Source: an uncultured delta proteobacterium (GTDB lineage Bacteria > Desulfobacterota > Binatia > HRBIN30 > BPIQ01). From it: a DNA stretch of 64,000 nucleotides. Made by a program: the position numbers and the translations under genes. This document shows, one piece after another, positions 49,382-59,718 of the stretch. The DNA lies in NCBI GenBank assembly GCA_963761335.1, contig CAVXGR010000018.1, forward strand, positions 192,001 to 256,000, read 5' to 3'. The notes beneath the pieces were generated by a model. It searched no databases, had not been told where the DNA came from, and saw nothing but the letters and a program-made list of their open reading frames with translations. How positions within the stretch are numbered: the first letter of the stretch is position 1; the number at the start of each line of letters is the position of its first letter.

Positions 49382-49768
49382 TTGAACCGTTCGCCGCTCG
49401 CCGAACGCCACGGCATCGATGCTTTCGCGCTCTTCTGCGCCTACCACCTGGGCATCACCGAGGATGGCGGCTATCGCTTCCAGAACATCCACCAGGTGGC
49501 CCGCCGCTTCGGAGCCAATGCCGGTGTGATCAGGCAGGTCCTCGCCGACTTCGAGATGGACCCCGACACGGTGGTGCACAGCGCCTTCGACATGGCCTCG
49601 GCGCAGGTCGACATCATGCTTGCCCCGGAGGGGATCGATCGCACCGAGGTGGCTCGCGAGCTCTTTGCCACCTTTCGCAGGGCGCCCCGCCGCGCCCGCG
49701 ACTGGGTCCGCGAGCTGGAAGAGGATGCCCGCGCCAACGAGCGCATCTTCGGCCCGCGCAAGCGCTGA
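49382..49768 (+). CDS. Hypothetical protein
   Basis: Strong codon bias, globular-looking sequence (FALFCAYHLGI), no family recognised. Confidence 0.7.
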   Translation: MNRSPLAERHGIDAFALFCAYHLGITEDGGYRFQNIHQVARRFGANAGVIRQVLADFEMDPDTVVHSAFDMASAQVDIMLAPEGIDRTEVARELFATFRRAPRRARDWVRELEEDARANERIFGPRKR

Positions 49769-49799
49769 TCGGCTCTGCGACGAGTGCGCGCCGTCGACG

Positions 49800-51485
49800 T
49801 CAGAGCAGCGCGCGTGCCGCTTCGCCGGTGGCGCTGACGGCTTCCACCTGGGCGATGACCACGGGCAGATCGCGCCCCAGACGGTCGAACTCGGCTTGAT
49901 TGCTCTCCAGGCTCGTCTCGGTGCGGATCTGCTCGATCTGCGCCGCGGCGCGCTGCTGGATCTCGGCGAGCCGCTGCGCCAGGACCTCGGCCGCCGACTT
50001 GCGCGCCGCCTCCGCGGTCTGCTCCCTCCAGGCGCGCTGCGCCTCGAGGTCGGCATCGACGCCGGCGCTCTCCAGATCTGCGAGCCCGGGGAGATACCAG
50101 CGACGCCACAGGGCGCGGCGCAGCAGCTGCACGTGGCCGTCGACGGCGCGTTGGCTGCGTTCTTCGGGCGACAGCTCGGCCGCGGCGGGTGTGGTTCGCG
50201 GTCGTTGCGGGGCGGTGAACGGCGCGCCGAAGCGGCCCATCTCCGCCTGGATTGCCTGATGTAGGGTCTGCGTCGCCGCCACGGCCGCATCGGCGTGGGC
50301 GGCCAGCGCTGCGTCCACTGCCGCCTTCAGCTCAGCGACGTCGCCGCGGCGGATCCAGCGGCGGCGCGCCGCGCGCAGCTGGCGCCGGAGGTCGTCCGCC
50401 AGTCGGCCGGCACTCTGCGTGGCTTCCTCGCCGGCGCGGGCGAGCGCCGTCTCCAGCTCTGCCTGCCGTGCCCGCGCCCCGGCGGCATCGCCGTCGGCGC
50501 GACTGCGGACCGCGTCGATGCGCCGGCGCGCCTGGCGCAGATCCCGGTCGAGAGTGGCGTGGCGGTCGGCGAGGAGCCGCTGCGCGCGCGTCAGCCAGCG
50601 GTGCGCGCGTTTCGCCGCCTCGCGCACCGCCGCCAGGTCGCGGGCGTTCGAACCGGCGAAGGCGGCGAGCGCCTGCCGAAAGGCCTCGAGGCCGCTGCCG
50701 GCGACGGCGCCGGAGTCGTGTCTCTGCGCCGCTTCGAAGCCGGCGCGGGCATCGACCAGGAACATGTCGTGGGCGCCGGCGACGTTGTGTCGCAGCGTCT
50801 CGGCGTGCCGCGAACGCTCCTCGTCGTCGAGCTCCCTGCACGCGGCATCGAGGTTCCAGACGACGAACAGCTTGCCGATCTCCGACTGCAGCCCGCTCAT
50901 CAAGGTTCGAGTGAACTGGGTGAACAGTGCCGGGTAGCGGACCACGAGGACGACCGCGTCGAGGGATTGCAGAGCCTCCGAGGTCACCGCGTCCAGCTGT
51001 GCCTCGCTGCCGACGCCCGGCGTATCCAGAAGGTCGAGCTGCCCCCCGAGATGCAGCAGGTCGAGGTCGGTCTCGACCACTACCTCGACGGCGTCGCCGT
51101 CGTGCTGGCGCATCAGCTGCTCGAGCTCATCCAGGGTCTCCAGCCGCCGCTCGCCGAAACGCCACGCCGTCGACGGGCCATAGGTGACCCGCAACGGGAT
51201 GGAGGTGAGCGGATCGAAGGCGACCGGCGACAGCGGGGCGCCGGCGATGGCGTTCAGCAGACTCGACTTACCCGCCTTCACCTCGCCGTAGAGAGCGATG
51301 CGCACCCGACGCCGCTCGAGCTCGGCGAGCAACGCGTCGATATGAGCGGTGTTGGCGCCCGGCAGCAGGACGGTGTGCGCGTCGAGGGCCTGCCGGGCTC
51401 GGCCCAGCGCCTCGTTCAGGCGTGTCGCCAAGGCACCGTAGCTGATCGGTGCCGGGGTCTGATCGTGGGGCTTGCTCTCCTGCAT
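49800..51485 (-). CDS. Bacterial dynamin-like GTPase
   Basis: G1 GEVKAGKSS, G2 PLT, G3 LDTPG, long helical/coiled-coil C-terminus. Confidence 0.8.
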   Translation of the reverse strand: MQESKPHDQTPAPISYGALATRLNEALGRARQALDAHTVLLPGANTAHIDALLAELERRRVRIALYGEVKAGKSSLLNAIAGAPLSPVAFDPLTSIPLRVTYGPSTAWRFGERRLETLDELEQLMRQHDGDAVEVVVETDLDLLHLGGQLDLLDTPGVGSEAQLDAVTSEALQSLDAVVLVVRYPALFTQFTRTLMSGLQSEIGKLFVVWNLDAACRELDDEERSRHAETLRHNVAGAHDMFLVDARAGFEAAQRHDSGAVAGSGLEAFRQALAAFAGSNARDLAAVREAAKRAHRWLTRAQRLLADRHATLDRDLRQARRRIDAVRSRADGDAAGARARQAELETALARAGEEATQSAGRLADDLRRQLRAARRRWIRRGDVAELKAAVDAALAAHADAAVAATQTLHQAIQAEMGRFGAPFTAPQRPRTTPAAAELSPEERSQRAVDGHVQLLRRALWRRWYLPGLADLESAGVDADLEAQRAWREQTAEAARKSAAEVLAQRLAEIQQRAAAQIEQIRTETSLESNQAEFDRLGRDLPVVIAQVEAVSATGEAARALL

Positions 51486-51603
51486 GGCATCTCCGGGAAG
51501 CGAGTTCAGCCCGCGACCATACGGGCTCGGCGCCGGCAGTTCAACTCGCCCTCTCTCGCCGCGAGTGCGTCGCCGGGGATTTGTGCTAAGTACCTTCGTT
51601 CCA

Positions 51604-54411
51604 ATGGCAGCGTCTGCTCCTGACCACCCGGCCCCGCGACGGCGCCCGTCGGCGGCCGCCGTGCTGCGCCCGGCCGTGCTTGCGGCCGAGCTGCTCGCCG
51701 GCGCCTACTTCGTGGCGCGCCAGCTGCCCGGGCTGTGGATGACCCGCTGGGTGCAGGACGATGCCTACATCAGCTTTCGCTACGCCCGCAACATGCTTCA
51801 CGGCCACGGCCTCGTCTACAACATCGGCGAGCGGGTCGAGGGGTATACGAACTTCCTGTGGACGGTGATCTCCGCGGTGCCGATGGCATTCGGCGCCGTC
51901 GATCCCGTGCCGTTCATGCACGTCTTCAGTCTGGCTCTGTGGATCGGTTCCTACCTTCTTCTGCTGCTCCTCGCCGTCTCCCTGTTCCGCAGCCGCATCT
52001 GGATGGCGCCGCTGGCGGTCATCCCGCTGACCTACCAGTGGTCGTTCAACATGTGGTTCTTCTCCGGGATGGAGACGCCGCTGATCTCCTTCCTGACCGT
52101 CCTCGTGCTCTTCTTCTTCGCGCAGGACCCCGAGCGCCGCCCCTTCTCTCTTTTCTGGACCAGCCTGGCGGGGGTGCTGCTGATCATGACGCGTCCCGAC
52201 GCGACCCTGGGCCTGGCCGCTCTGGCGCTGGTGGCGGTTCTGCTCTACGGGCCGCGGCTCCTGCGCGAACGCCGCTGGCGGAGCTACGTGGTCCTACCGC
52301 TGCTCCCCATGCTGTTGATCTATCTGCCGTACACCATCTGGCGGGTGAGCTACTACGGCTCCTTCTACCCCAACACCTACTACGCCAAGGCTGCCTATCT
52401 GACCTTCTACGATCGCGGCTGGCAGTATCTGGACACCTATCTCGACGTCTACCGTCTATGGCCCTATTTCGGGGTCTTCGTCGCCGGCGCCCTGGTCGCC
52501 CCGGCCGGGGTGGCGCGGCGTTTCCTCTGGGGATCGCTGGCGATGATCGCCACGGTCTTCTTCTACGTCGTTCGCCTGGGCGGCGACTTCATGGAGTGGC
52601 GCTTCGTCACCCCGGTGAGCAGCCTGCTGTATTTCGGCAGCGGCATCTCCGCCGCCGTGCTGGTGCAACAAACGGTGCGGCTGCTCGCCTGGGCGCTGAC
52701 CCGCCGGCGCGGTGCCGGTCTGGCGCTGGCCGGCGTTCTCGGCTGGACGGCCGGAGTGGCCGTGGTGTCACTGCTGGCCTACGACACCATCCGTGCCGAC
52801 GAGGCGGCCCAGGGCACGAAGATTCCCGGTCAGGAGACGATTGCACTGCTGCGTCGCTACTGCGACCCGGGCCGCTTCGACTGGGTGACGGTGGGCAAGG
52901 TGCTGGACGGCATCTTGCCGAAGAACATCACCATGGCCACCACCTCGGCGGGCGCGATTCCGTTCTACTGCGATCGTACGTGCGTCGACCTGCACGGCCT
53001 CACCGACGCCAGGATCGGCCATGGGCCGATCGACGAGGAGCACCGCGGCCGCATGGGTCACGAGCACTGGCTCAAGGATTACGGCGCCATGCGGGCTCGC
53101 GGCATCGACGTGTTCCTCTACTGGGCCGATCCCAAGTCGAACGCGCTGTCGCTGCTGAACCCACCGAAGGACAACGAGCAGATGGTCAGCGTACAGCTGC
53201 CGGACGGCCGCTACGTGGAGTTCCTCATTCTCAACGACAAGGCCTTCGACATGGAGGCGCTGCGCGCCGACCCGCGCCTGGTGCTCTTCGGCTCGAGAGG
53301 CATGCAAGACCCCCAGGACTTCTACGCCCTGCGCGATCGCTTCGCCTCTCTCGACGTGGTCGACGTCCTGAACGTCGAGAATCCAGAGTCGGAGAAAACT
53401 CATGAGTTCCATGAGATTTTCCTGCCCAAGGCGCCGTATGGCCACAACTGGCATACCAAGCTGCTCGGCTACGGACCGCCCTACGATCAGATCGTTCTCT
53501 CGGACGCGGGCCGGCGCCTCTACCACAGTGCCGAATGGACGGTGCACGACGTGCGCGCCGACGCCGACATGGTCATCGTGGTGCGCTACGACCACACCGG
53601 CGGCGGCGTCTACAGGCTCGAGGTGAACGGGCACGAAGTGCCGGGGCGGCTGGGCCTCGTCGGCGGTGTCGAGACCTGGGACGAGGCGTGGACCATCGTG
53701 CCGGCGGAGATGCTGCTGCCGGGCGACAACCAGCTCCGCCTGACGCGATCCGCCAAGTCTCACGCGGACTCCGAGATCTATCACTTCTGGTTCCTGCAGC
53801 GCCCGCAGGAGCCCGCCTGCCACGCCGAGATCGGCGGCGCCGCCGCCGAGCCGGAGGTGCAGTGCCGCATGGAGGTCGGTGGCGGCGCCCTCGCCGCCAC
53901 CGCCGAGGACACCGCGGCGGCGCCGCTGGTGGAGGGCTTCGCGCGCGTCATCCGCTCGACCAATCGCGATCCTCGCTACGGCGGGCACCGCGGGCCGGAC
54001 ATGTCGTACTTCGCCTACGCCCGCGATGAGCCGGAGGAGGTGGTCTGGGAGACGGCGCCAAGCCCGGCGAGCGGCCCGGTGGAGTTCGCCTTCGAAGGGT
54101 CCAGCGGCGAGGATCCGGGGCGGGCGGCGCTCTTCGTCGACGGCCGCTTCGTATTGCTGTTCGACACCGGCAGAGACAGCGGCAATCTGGTGTGGACCGC
54201 GGGGGGCTACCGCCTGGAGTTCGTGCCGCGGGCCCGCATCGCCGGGTACTCCGGTTACTACCGCCTGCGGGTTCCGGCGGGTGTGGTGCAGGCGCGCACC
54301 GCCGCGGTTCTCGGTGTCGAGATGGTCAGCGGCGAGCGGCGTTCGTGGTTCATGCTCAAGGCCTACGGAGACACGATCCCGTACGAGAAGGTATCCTCGG
54401 CTGTGCCCTGA
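51604..54411 (+). CDS. GT-C-type membrane glycosyltransferase (AftB-like N-terminus) with large extracytoplasmic C-terminal domains
   Basis: QDDAYISFRYARN..G.GLVYN.GERVEGYTNFLW, SGMETP, TRPD, PNTYYAK, GGDFM..RF, DLHGLTD, GHE. Confidence 0.8.
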   Translation: MAASAPDHPAPRRRPSAAAVLRPAVLAAELLAGAYFVARQLPGLWMTRWVQDDAYISFRYARNMLHGHGLVYNIGERVEGYTNFLWTVISAVPMAFGAVDPVPFMHVFSLALWIGSYLLLLLLAVSLFRSRIWMAPLAVIPLTYQWSFNMWFFSGMETPLISFLTVLVLFFFAQDPERRPFSLFWTSLAGVLLIMTRPDATLGLAALALVAVLLYGPRLLRERRWRSYVVLPLLPMLLIYLPYTIWRVSYYGSFYPNTYYAKAAYLTFYDRGWQYLDTYLDVYRLWPYFGVFVAGALVAPAGVARRFLWGSLAMIATVFFYVVRLGGDFMEWRFVTPVSSLLYFGSGISAAVLVQQTVRLLAWALTRRRGAGLALAGVLGWTAGVAVVSLLAYDTIRADEAAQGTKIPGQETIALLRRYCDPGRFDWVTVGKVLDGILPKNITMATTSAGAIPFYCDRTCVDLHGLTDARIGHGPIDEEHRGRMGHEHWLKDYGAMRARGIDVFLYWADPKSNALSLLNPPKDNEQMVSVQLPDGRYVEFLILNDKAFDMEALRADPRLVLFGSRGMQDPQDFYALRDRFASLDVVDVLNVENPESEKTHEFHEIFLPKAPYGHNWHTKLLGYGPPYDQIVLSDAGRRLYHSAEWTVHDVRADADMVIVVRYDHTGGGVYRLEVNGHEVPGRLGLVGGVETWDEAWTIVPAEMLLPGDNQLRLTRSAKSHADSEIYHFWFLQRPQEPACHAEIGGAAAEPEVQCRMEVGGGALAATAEDTAAAPLVEGFARVIRSTNRDPRYGGHRGPDMSYFAYARDEPEEVVWETAPSPASGPVEFAFEGSSGEDPGRAALFVDGRFVLLFDTGRDSGNLVWTAGGYRLEFVPRARIAGYSGYYRLRVPAGVVQARTAAVLGVEMVSGERRSWFMLKAYGDTIPYEKVSSAVP

Positions 54412-54414
54412 GCC

Positions 54415-54439
54415 CTGGGAGCGCGGCCATCCTGGCCGC
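54415..54439. repeat. REP-like hairpin, family B copy 2
   Basis: CTGGGA-GCGCGGCCA TCC TGGCCGC. Confidence 0.6.
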
Positions 54440-54518
54440 TCCTCGTCCTGTTCTCCCAATCCGGGTCGCGCCCGCCTCTTTCGTTTTTCAGCCCCGATCG
54501 CGTAACCTCCCCGCAGCC

Positions 54519-55718
54519 ATGCCGCTGCGCCGCAAGCTCTTCTGGGTGTCGCTGCTCTACTTTGCCGAGGGCTTCCCCTTCGGCATTGCGGTGGACAATC
54601 TCCCCGTCTACTTCCGCGTGCACGGCGTCGCCCTCGCCGACATCGGCCTGCTGAGCCTGCTCGGCATGCCGTGGACGTTGAAAGTCCTGTGGGCGCCGCT
54701 GGTCGATCGTTTCGGCGAACGGCGCCGATGGGTGAGCGGCTGTCTGCTGGCGATGGCGCTTCTCCTGGCGCTGCTGCCGCTGCTCGATCCGAGCCGTCCG
54801 GGGCTGTGGATGTGGGCTCTCCTCTTCGCCTTCACCACCGCCTCGGCGACCCAGGACATCGCCATCGACGCCTACACCATCGGCCTGCTCGGCCCCGGGG
54901 AGGAGGGCGTCGCCAACGGTGTGCGCGTCTCGGCCTGGCGAGTGGCGCTGATTGTCGGCGGCGGCGGTCTGGTGATCCTTGCGGGCACCGTCGGCTGGCG
55001 GGCCGTCTTCTGGGCCGCTGCCGGGATCTGTCTGCTGCTGTCCGCTGGCGCCTGGCGGAGCCCTGCGATGGCGGCGCGCGGCGACGCCGGCGAGGAGTGG
55101 TTCGCGCCGCTGTGGGCGTGGCTGCGCCGCCCCGGAGCACCGCTCATCTTTCTCTTCGTCCTCACCTACAAGCTCGGCGACGCCAGCATGGGGCCGATGA
55201 TCAAGCCGTTCTGGGTCGACCGCGGCCTCAGCGTCGAGGAGATCGGCCTGGTGTCGACCTCCTTCGGGGTGCTGGCCAGCATCGGCGGCGCCCTCGCCGG
55301 CGGCGTGCTGACGACCCGCTGGGGGATCTTTCGCGGCCTCTGGCTGCTGGGATTGTTGCAGGCGTTCTCCAATCTCGGCTACGCCATGGTGGCCTGGGGG
55401 GGTGGCGGGCGGCCGGCGATCTATGCGGCTTCCCTGTTCGAGAGCTTCACCGGCGGCCTCGGCACGGCTGCCTTCCTGGCCTTCCTGATGCACATCTGCG
55501 ACAAGCGGCGAGCGGCTACCGAGTACGCGCTGCTCACGGCGATCTTCGGCTTCACCCGCTCGCTTGCCGGCGGCGCCAGCGGCTGGGGTGCCGCCCATCT
55601 GGGCTATGCCGCCTACTTCGCCCTGACCTTCGTGCTCGCCTTCCCGGCCTATGCCCTACTGCCCTGGGTGAGGCCATGGGCAGAAGAAGGCTTTGCCCAA
55701 TTCCCAGCGGAGCGCTAG
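54519..55718 (+). CDS. ampG: AmpG-family MFS muropeptide permease
   Basis: LYFAEGFP, PWTLKVLWAPLVD, SATQDIAIDAY, YKLGD, ATEYALLT. Confidence 0.85.
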   Translation: MPLRRKLFWVSLLYFAEGFPFGIAVDNLPVYFRVHGVALADIGLLSLLGMPWTLKVLWAPLVDRFGERRRWVSGCLLAMALLLALLPLLDPSRPGLWMWALLFAFTTASATQDIAIDAYTIGLLGPGEEGVANGVRVSAWRVALIVGGGGLVILAGTVGWRAVFWAAAGICLLLSAGAWRSPAMAARGDAGEEWFAPLWAWLRRPGAPLIFLFVLTYKLGDASMGPMIKPFWVDRGLSVEEIGLVSTSFGVLASIGGALAGGVLTTRWGIFRGLWLLGLLQAFSNLGYAMVAWGGGGRPAIYAASLFESFTGGLGTAAFLAFLMHICDKRRAATEYALLTAIFGFTRSLAGGASGWGAAHLGYAAYFALTFVLAFPAYALLPWVRPWAEEGFAQFPAER

Positions 55719-55765
55719 TGTGCCTGAGGACACCTGGCTGGGCTGATCGGAACGGGTGAACACAA

Positions 55766-57064
55766 GTGATTGGGCGGTATGGAGGCGCCGATCGCGACCT
55801 TGCGGCAAGGGGTCCGAACGTAGCGGCGGTATCCCTGACCCTGGCGGCGGCGACCGCGGTTCTCATCTCCGTCATGTGGGGCCTGCGCTGGTTCGTCTAT
55901 GGGGCGGTGCCGGCCGAACAGTACACGCTGCTGGGAGCGGTGGTCTTCGTCCCCAACCTGGCGGTCGCCCTCTGGCGCGGGCGGCTGCCCGCGTGGATCC
56001 TTGCCGTCAATCTCGGCGCCGCGATCCTGGCGGTCACCATCGGCATTCACTTCGGCGGCGGCGTTGACAACGTCAGCGGGCCACTGCTCTACGCCTTGTT
56101 GATCGGGCTCGCCGGGCTGATGGCCTCGGGCCGCGCCGCCTTCGGCGCGGCGCTCGGCAGCACGGCGCTCTACGGAGCCCTGGTGTGGGCGGAGCGCTCG
56201 GGCCTCTTGCAACACCATCTGCCGTACAGCAAGTCGGGAGAGGATGCGCTCGCCACGGTGATCGCCGTGGGAACCTATCTGCTGGTCGTCGCCTGGTTGG
56301 TCTCCTACACCGTGTCGCAGATCCACCGGGTGCACCGCCGTCTGGACGATCTGCGCGCCGATGCCGTGAATGCCCTGTCGCACGACCTGAAGAACCCCCT
56401 CGGCATCATCCACAGCGCCGCGGAGATGGCGGCCGAGGCCGAGCCGCGCGAGGTTCCCGCCCATCTCGAGCGCATCCAGCGCGGCGTGCTCACGGCTCTC
56501 GGCCTGGTCCACAACGTCCTCGATGCGGCGGCGCTCGACCAGCACATGATGCAGCCGCGACTGGTCGCACTGGACCTTCGCAAGTTGGTGGGAGAGACGG
56601 TGGATCTGTACGGCTCGGCCGCCGCGGCGAAGCGCCTGCAGGTAACCACCGAGCTTGCCGACGACCTGCCGCCGTTGCGCGGCGATGCGCCTCTTCTCGG
56701 TCGGGCGCTGGGCAATCTGCTGTCGAACGCCATCAAGTTCACTCCCGAGGGAGGAAGCATCGCGATTCGGGTCGTTCCCCATGGCGATGGCGCCGCGGTG
56801 ACGGTTTGCGACACTGGCCGCGGCATTCGTCCGGAAGACCGGACGCGGCTCTTCCAGAAGTTCAGCCGTATCGAATCCGGAGCCCGACAAGAGGGCACCG
56901 GCCTTGGGCTCTATATCGTGCGCGCCATTGTCGAAGCCCATGGCGGCCAGGTCAGCGTCGACGGCGCCGCGGCCGGCGGCACCGAGTTCGTCCTGGAGCT
57001 GCCGCGCGACCCGGCTGCGGGGAGGGAAGAGGAGAGAAGAGAATGTAAAATGAAGAACCGGTGA
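55766..57064 (+). CDS. Membrane sensor histidine kinase (orphan)
   Basis: About 6 TM, SHDLKNPL H-box, NLLSNAIKFT, DTGRGI, GTGLGL. Confidence 0.9.
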   Translation: MIGRYGGADRDLAARGPNVAAVSLTLAAATAVLISVMWGLRWFVYGAVPAEQYTLLGAVVFVPNLAVALWRGRLPAWILAVNLGAAILAVTIGIHFGGGVDNVSGPLLYALLIGLAGLMASGRAAFGAALGSTALYGALVWAERSGLLQHHLPYSKSGEDALATVIAVGTYLLVVAWLVSYTVSQIHRVHRRLDDLRADAVNALSHDLKNPLGIIHSAAEMAAEAEPREVPAHLERIQRGVLTALGLVHNVLDAAALDQHMMQPRLVALDLRKLVGETVDLYGSAAAAKRLQVTTELADDLPPLRGDAPLLGRALGNLLSNAIKFTPEGGSIAIRVVPHGDGAAVTVCDTGRGIRPEDRTRLFQKFSRIESGARQEGTGLGLYIVRAIVEAHGGQVSVDGAAAGGTEFVLELPRDPAAGREEERRECKMKNR

Positions 57065-57151
57065 CCGGTGACGTAAAACCGGCAAACGGCGCACACCCGT
57101 TACCATTGCCCGGTTCTCCATCACCGGTCACCGGTTTTTCATTTTACATTC
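57041..57151. repeat. 31-bp inverted repeat element overlapping the kinase stop codon
   Basis: GAATGTAAAATGAAGAACCGGTGACCGGTGA / TCACCGGTCACCGGTTTTTCATTTTACATTC, 30 of 31 complementary. Confidence 0.85.
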
Positions 57152-57220
57152 CTCCGCGCCGATTTGCGCGCCGCGCTTCTTCGCGGTACTCGATCGCCCT
57201 CAGCAGGGGGAGGGAGAGAT

Positions 57221-59440
57221 ATGCGACGCTGGATGGTGGCCGTCCTGGCCTGCGCGGCGGCGGCGGGCTGTAAGGGCAAGCATCTCGGTCCGGGCGAGAT
57301 CAGCGGCAACAAGGTTCCCGACGAGGTTGTGAAGTCGCGCGGCGAGGTGCAGCGTGCGGCGCTGCATCAGCTCGCCCCGGACGCGGGGCCCGCGGAGGAG
57401 AGCGAGCAGATTCTCTTCGGAGATCTGCACGTGCACACGACCTTCTCCGCCGACGCCTTCATGCGCAGCCTGCCGATGCTCCAGGGTGAGGGCGCACATC
57501 CGCCGGCCGACGCCTGCGACTACGCCCGCTTCTGCTCGAATCTCGATTTCTGGAGCATCAACGACCACGCCGAGGCGATCTCGCCGCAGCACTGGAAGGA
57601 GACCAAGGAGAGCATCCGCCAGTGCAATGCCGCCGCCGGCGATCCGCGCAACCCGGACATCGTCGCCTTTCTCGGCTGGGAGTGGACGCAGGTCGGGCAG
57701 ACCAAGGAGGACCACTACGGCCACAAGAACGTCATCTTCCGCGACACCGACGAGGACAAGGTGCCGGTGCGGCCGATCAGCGCCCTCAGCCCGCGCCTGG
57801 TCGGCGCGCTGCAGAAGGCGCCGCCACTATGGCAGCGCCTGGAGTTTCCTCTCTTCGACTGGTCGAACCGCCAGCGATACTTCGATTTCGCCGCCTACCA
57901 GCAGGAGCTGCGCGACACCCCTCTCTGTCCGAAGGGCGTCGACGTGCATGCCCTGCCGGCGAGCTGCCAGGAGTCGGCGCAGCGCCCCGACGAGCTCTTC
58001 GAGAAGCTCTCGCAATGGGGCTTCGACACCATCGTCATTCCGCACGGCACCACTTGGGGCTTCTACACGCCGCCGGGCTCGAGCTGGGACAAGCAGCTCA
58101 AGGGCACCGAGCACGATCCCGACAAGCAGCGGCTGATCGAGATCTACTCGGGACACGGAAACTCGGAGCAGTACCGCGCCTGGCGCGAGGTTGAGTTCGA
58201 CGCCGAGGGCCGCGCCGTGTGCCCGGCCCCCACCAAGGACTATCTGCCGTGCTGCTGGCAAGCGGGAGAGCTGATCCGCGCCCGCTGCGGAAGCGCCGCG
58301 CCCGAGGAGTGCGAGCGCCGTGTCGAGGCGGCGCGCCACAACTATCTCGCCGCCGGCGTCGCCGGCCACCTGACCGTCCCCGGCGCCACCATCGACGACT
58401 GGAAGGACTGCGGCCAGTGCCGCGACTGCTTCAATCCCTCATTCAACCTCCGTCCGAAGAGCTCGGTGCAGTACATCACGGCGATCTCCAACTTCGATGA
58501 CCCGCAGCACCCGCGCCGCTTTCACTTTGGCTTCATCGGCTCGAGCGACAACCATTCGGCTCGCCCGGGTACCGGCTACAAGGATTACCAGCGGCGCATG
58601 ATGACCGAGACCACCGGACCGAAGAGCGAGGCGTGGCTGCGGCGGCTACTGCCACCGCCACAGCCGCGCAGCCCCGAATCGGTGCCCTTCGACCAGAATC
58701 ACTCCGATCTGCAGGTGTTCAACATCCTGGAGACCGAACGGCAGGCGTCCTTCTTCATGACCGGCGGCCTGGTGGCGGTGCACGCGATGGGCCGCGACCG
58801 CGACTCGATCTGGGCGGCGCTCAAGCGGCGCGAGGTGTACGGCACCAGCGGCGACCGCATCCTGCTGTGGTTCAATCTGCTGAATGGATCGCAGGGAAAG
58901 GCGCCGATGGGCTCCGAGGTGCGCATGGCGGAGAACCCGCACTTCCGCGTGCGCGCCATCGGCTCCTTCAAGCAGAAGCCGGGCTGCCCCGACTACGCCG
59001 TGCACGCGCTCTCGCCGCAGCGGCTCGAGTACCTCTGCCGCGGCGAGTGCTACAACCCCTCCGATCAGCGCCGCCGGATCACCCGCATCGAGGTGGTGCG
59101 CATCCGCCCGCAGCAGCGCCAGGACGAGCCGGTCGGCGACCTGATCGAGGATCCTTGGCGCATCTTCGCCTGCGCTCCCGATGAGGCCGGCTGCGCCGTC
59201 GAGTTCGAGGACCCGGAGTTCGCCACCGCCGCTCGGGACGCCACCTACTACGTGCGCGCCATCCAGGAGCCGACCATGGCGATCAACGCCGGCGGCCTGC
59301 GCTGCAAGTACGACAAGCAGGGCGAGTGCGTGCAGGTGAACCCCTGCTACGGCGACTACCGCACGCCCTTCGACGACGACTGCCTCGCCGAGAACGAGGA
59401 GCGCGCCTGGTCGAGCCCGATCTATCTCGACGCGGATTGA
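57221..59440 (+). CDS. DUF3604-family PHP-fold metalloprotein, lipoprotein
   Basis: Lipobox AAGC, FGDLHVHT, INDH, GWEWT, IPHG, EIYSGHG, GSSDNH, EVYGTSG, YYVRA, ERAWSSPI. Confidence 0.85.
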   Translation: MRRWMVAVLACAAAAGCKGKHLGPGEISGNKVPDEVVKSRGEVQRAALHQLAPDAGPAEESEQILFGDLHVHTTFSADAFMRSLPMLQGEGAHPPADACDYARFCSNLDFWSINDHAEAISPQHWKETKESIRQCNAAAGDPRNPDIVAFLGWEWTQVGQTKEDHYGHKNVIFRDTDEDKVPVRPISALSPRLVGALQKAPPLWQRLEFPLFDWSNRQRYFDFAAYQQELRDTPLCPKGVDVHALPASCQESAQRPDELFEKLSQWGFDTIVIPHGTTWGFYTPPGSSWDKQLKGTEHDPDKQRLIEIYSGHGNSEQYRAWREVEFDAEGRAVCPAPTKDYLPCCWQAGELIRARCGSAAPEECERRVEAARHNYLAAGVAGHLTVPGATIDDWKDCGQCRDCFNPSFNLRPKSSVQYITAISNFDDPQHPRRFHFGFIGSSDNHSARPGTGYKDYQRRMMTETTGPKSEAWLRRLLPPPQPRSPESVPFDQNHSDLQVFNILETERQASFFMTGGLVAVHAMGRDRDSIWAALKRREVYGTSGDRILLWFNLLNGSQGKAPMGSEVRMAENPHFRVRAIGSFKQKPGCPDYAVHALSPQRLEYLCRGECYNPSDQRRRITRIEVVRIRPQQRQDEPVGDLIEDPWRIFACAPDEAGCAVEFEDPEFATAARDATYYVRAIQEPTMAINAGGLRCKYDKQGECVQVNPCYGDYRTPFDDDCLAENEERAWSSPIYLDAD

Positions 59441-59464
59441 GTGACTTAGCCCCAATCCGAAAGA

Positions 59465-59618
59465 AGAGGCGAACCGCAGAGACGCAGAGGAGGCAGAGAA
59501 GTCAATGTTCTCCAGCCGTCGGGGGATACCTTTCGAGCGTACTATCTCGATCGCGGACGGAATTCAGCTCTCTTGAGTTTCTCTCGGCATCGACTCTGCG
59601 TCTCTGCGGTTCGCCTCT
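59465..59618. repeat. Perfect 25-bp inverted repeat element
   Basis: AGAGGCGAACCGCAGAGACGCAGAG / CTCTGCGTCTCTGCGGTTCGCCTCT. Confidence 0.85.
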
Positions 59619-59718
59619 CTTCTTGGGCTCGGTTGGCGTGGTGGCGAGCCGCCTGCGATTTGCAGCCCCCTGTCTTCAATGGCATTGCAATACTCCTTCG
59701 GAGCGCGAAATAACTCTT

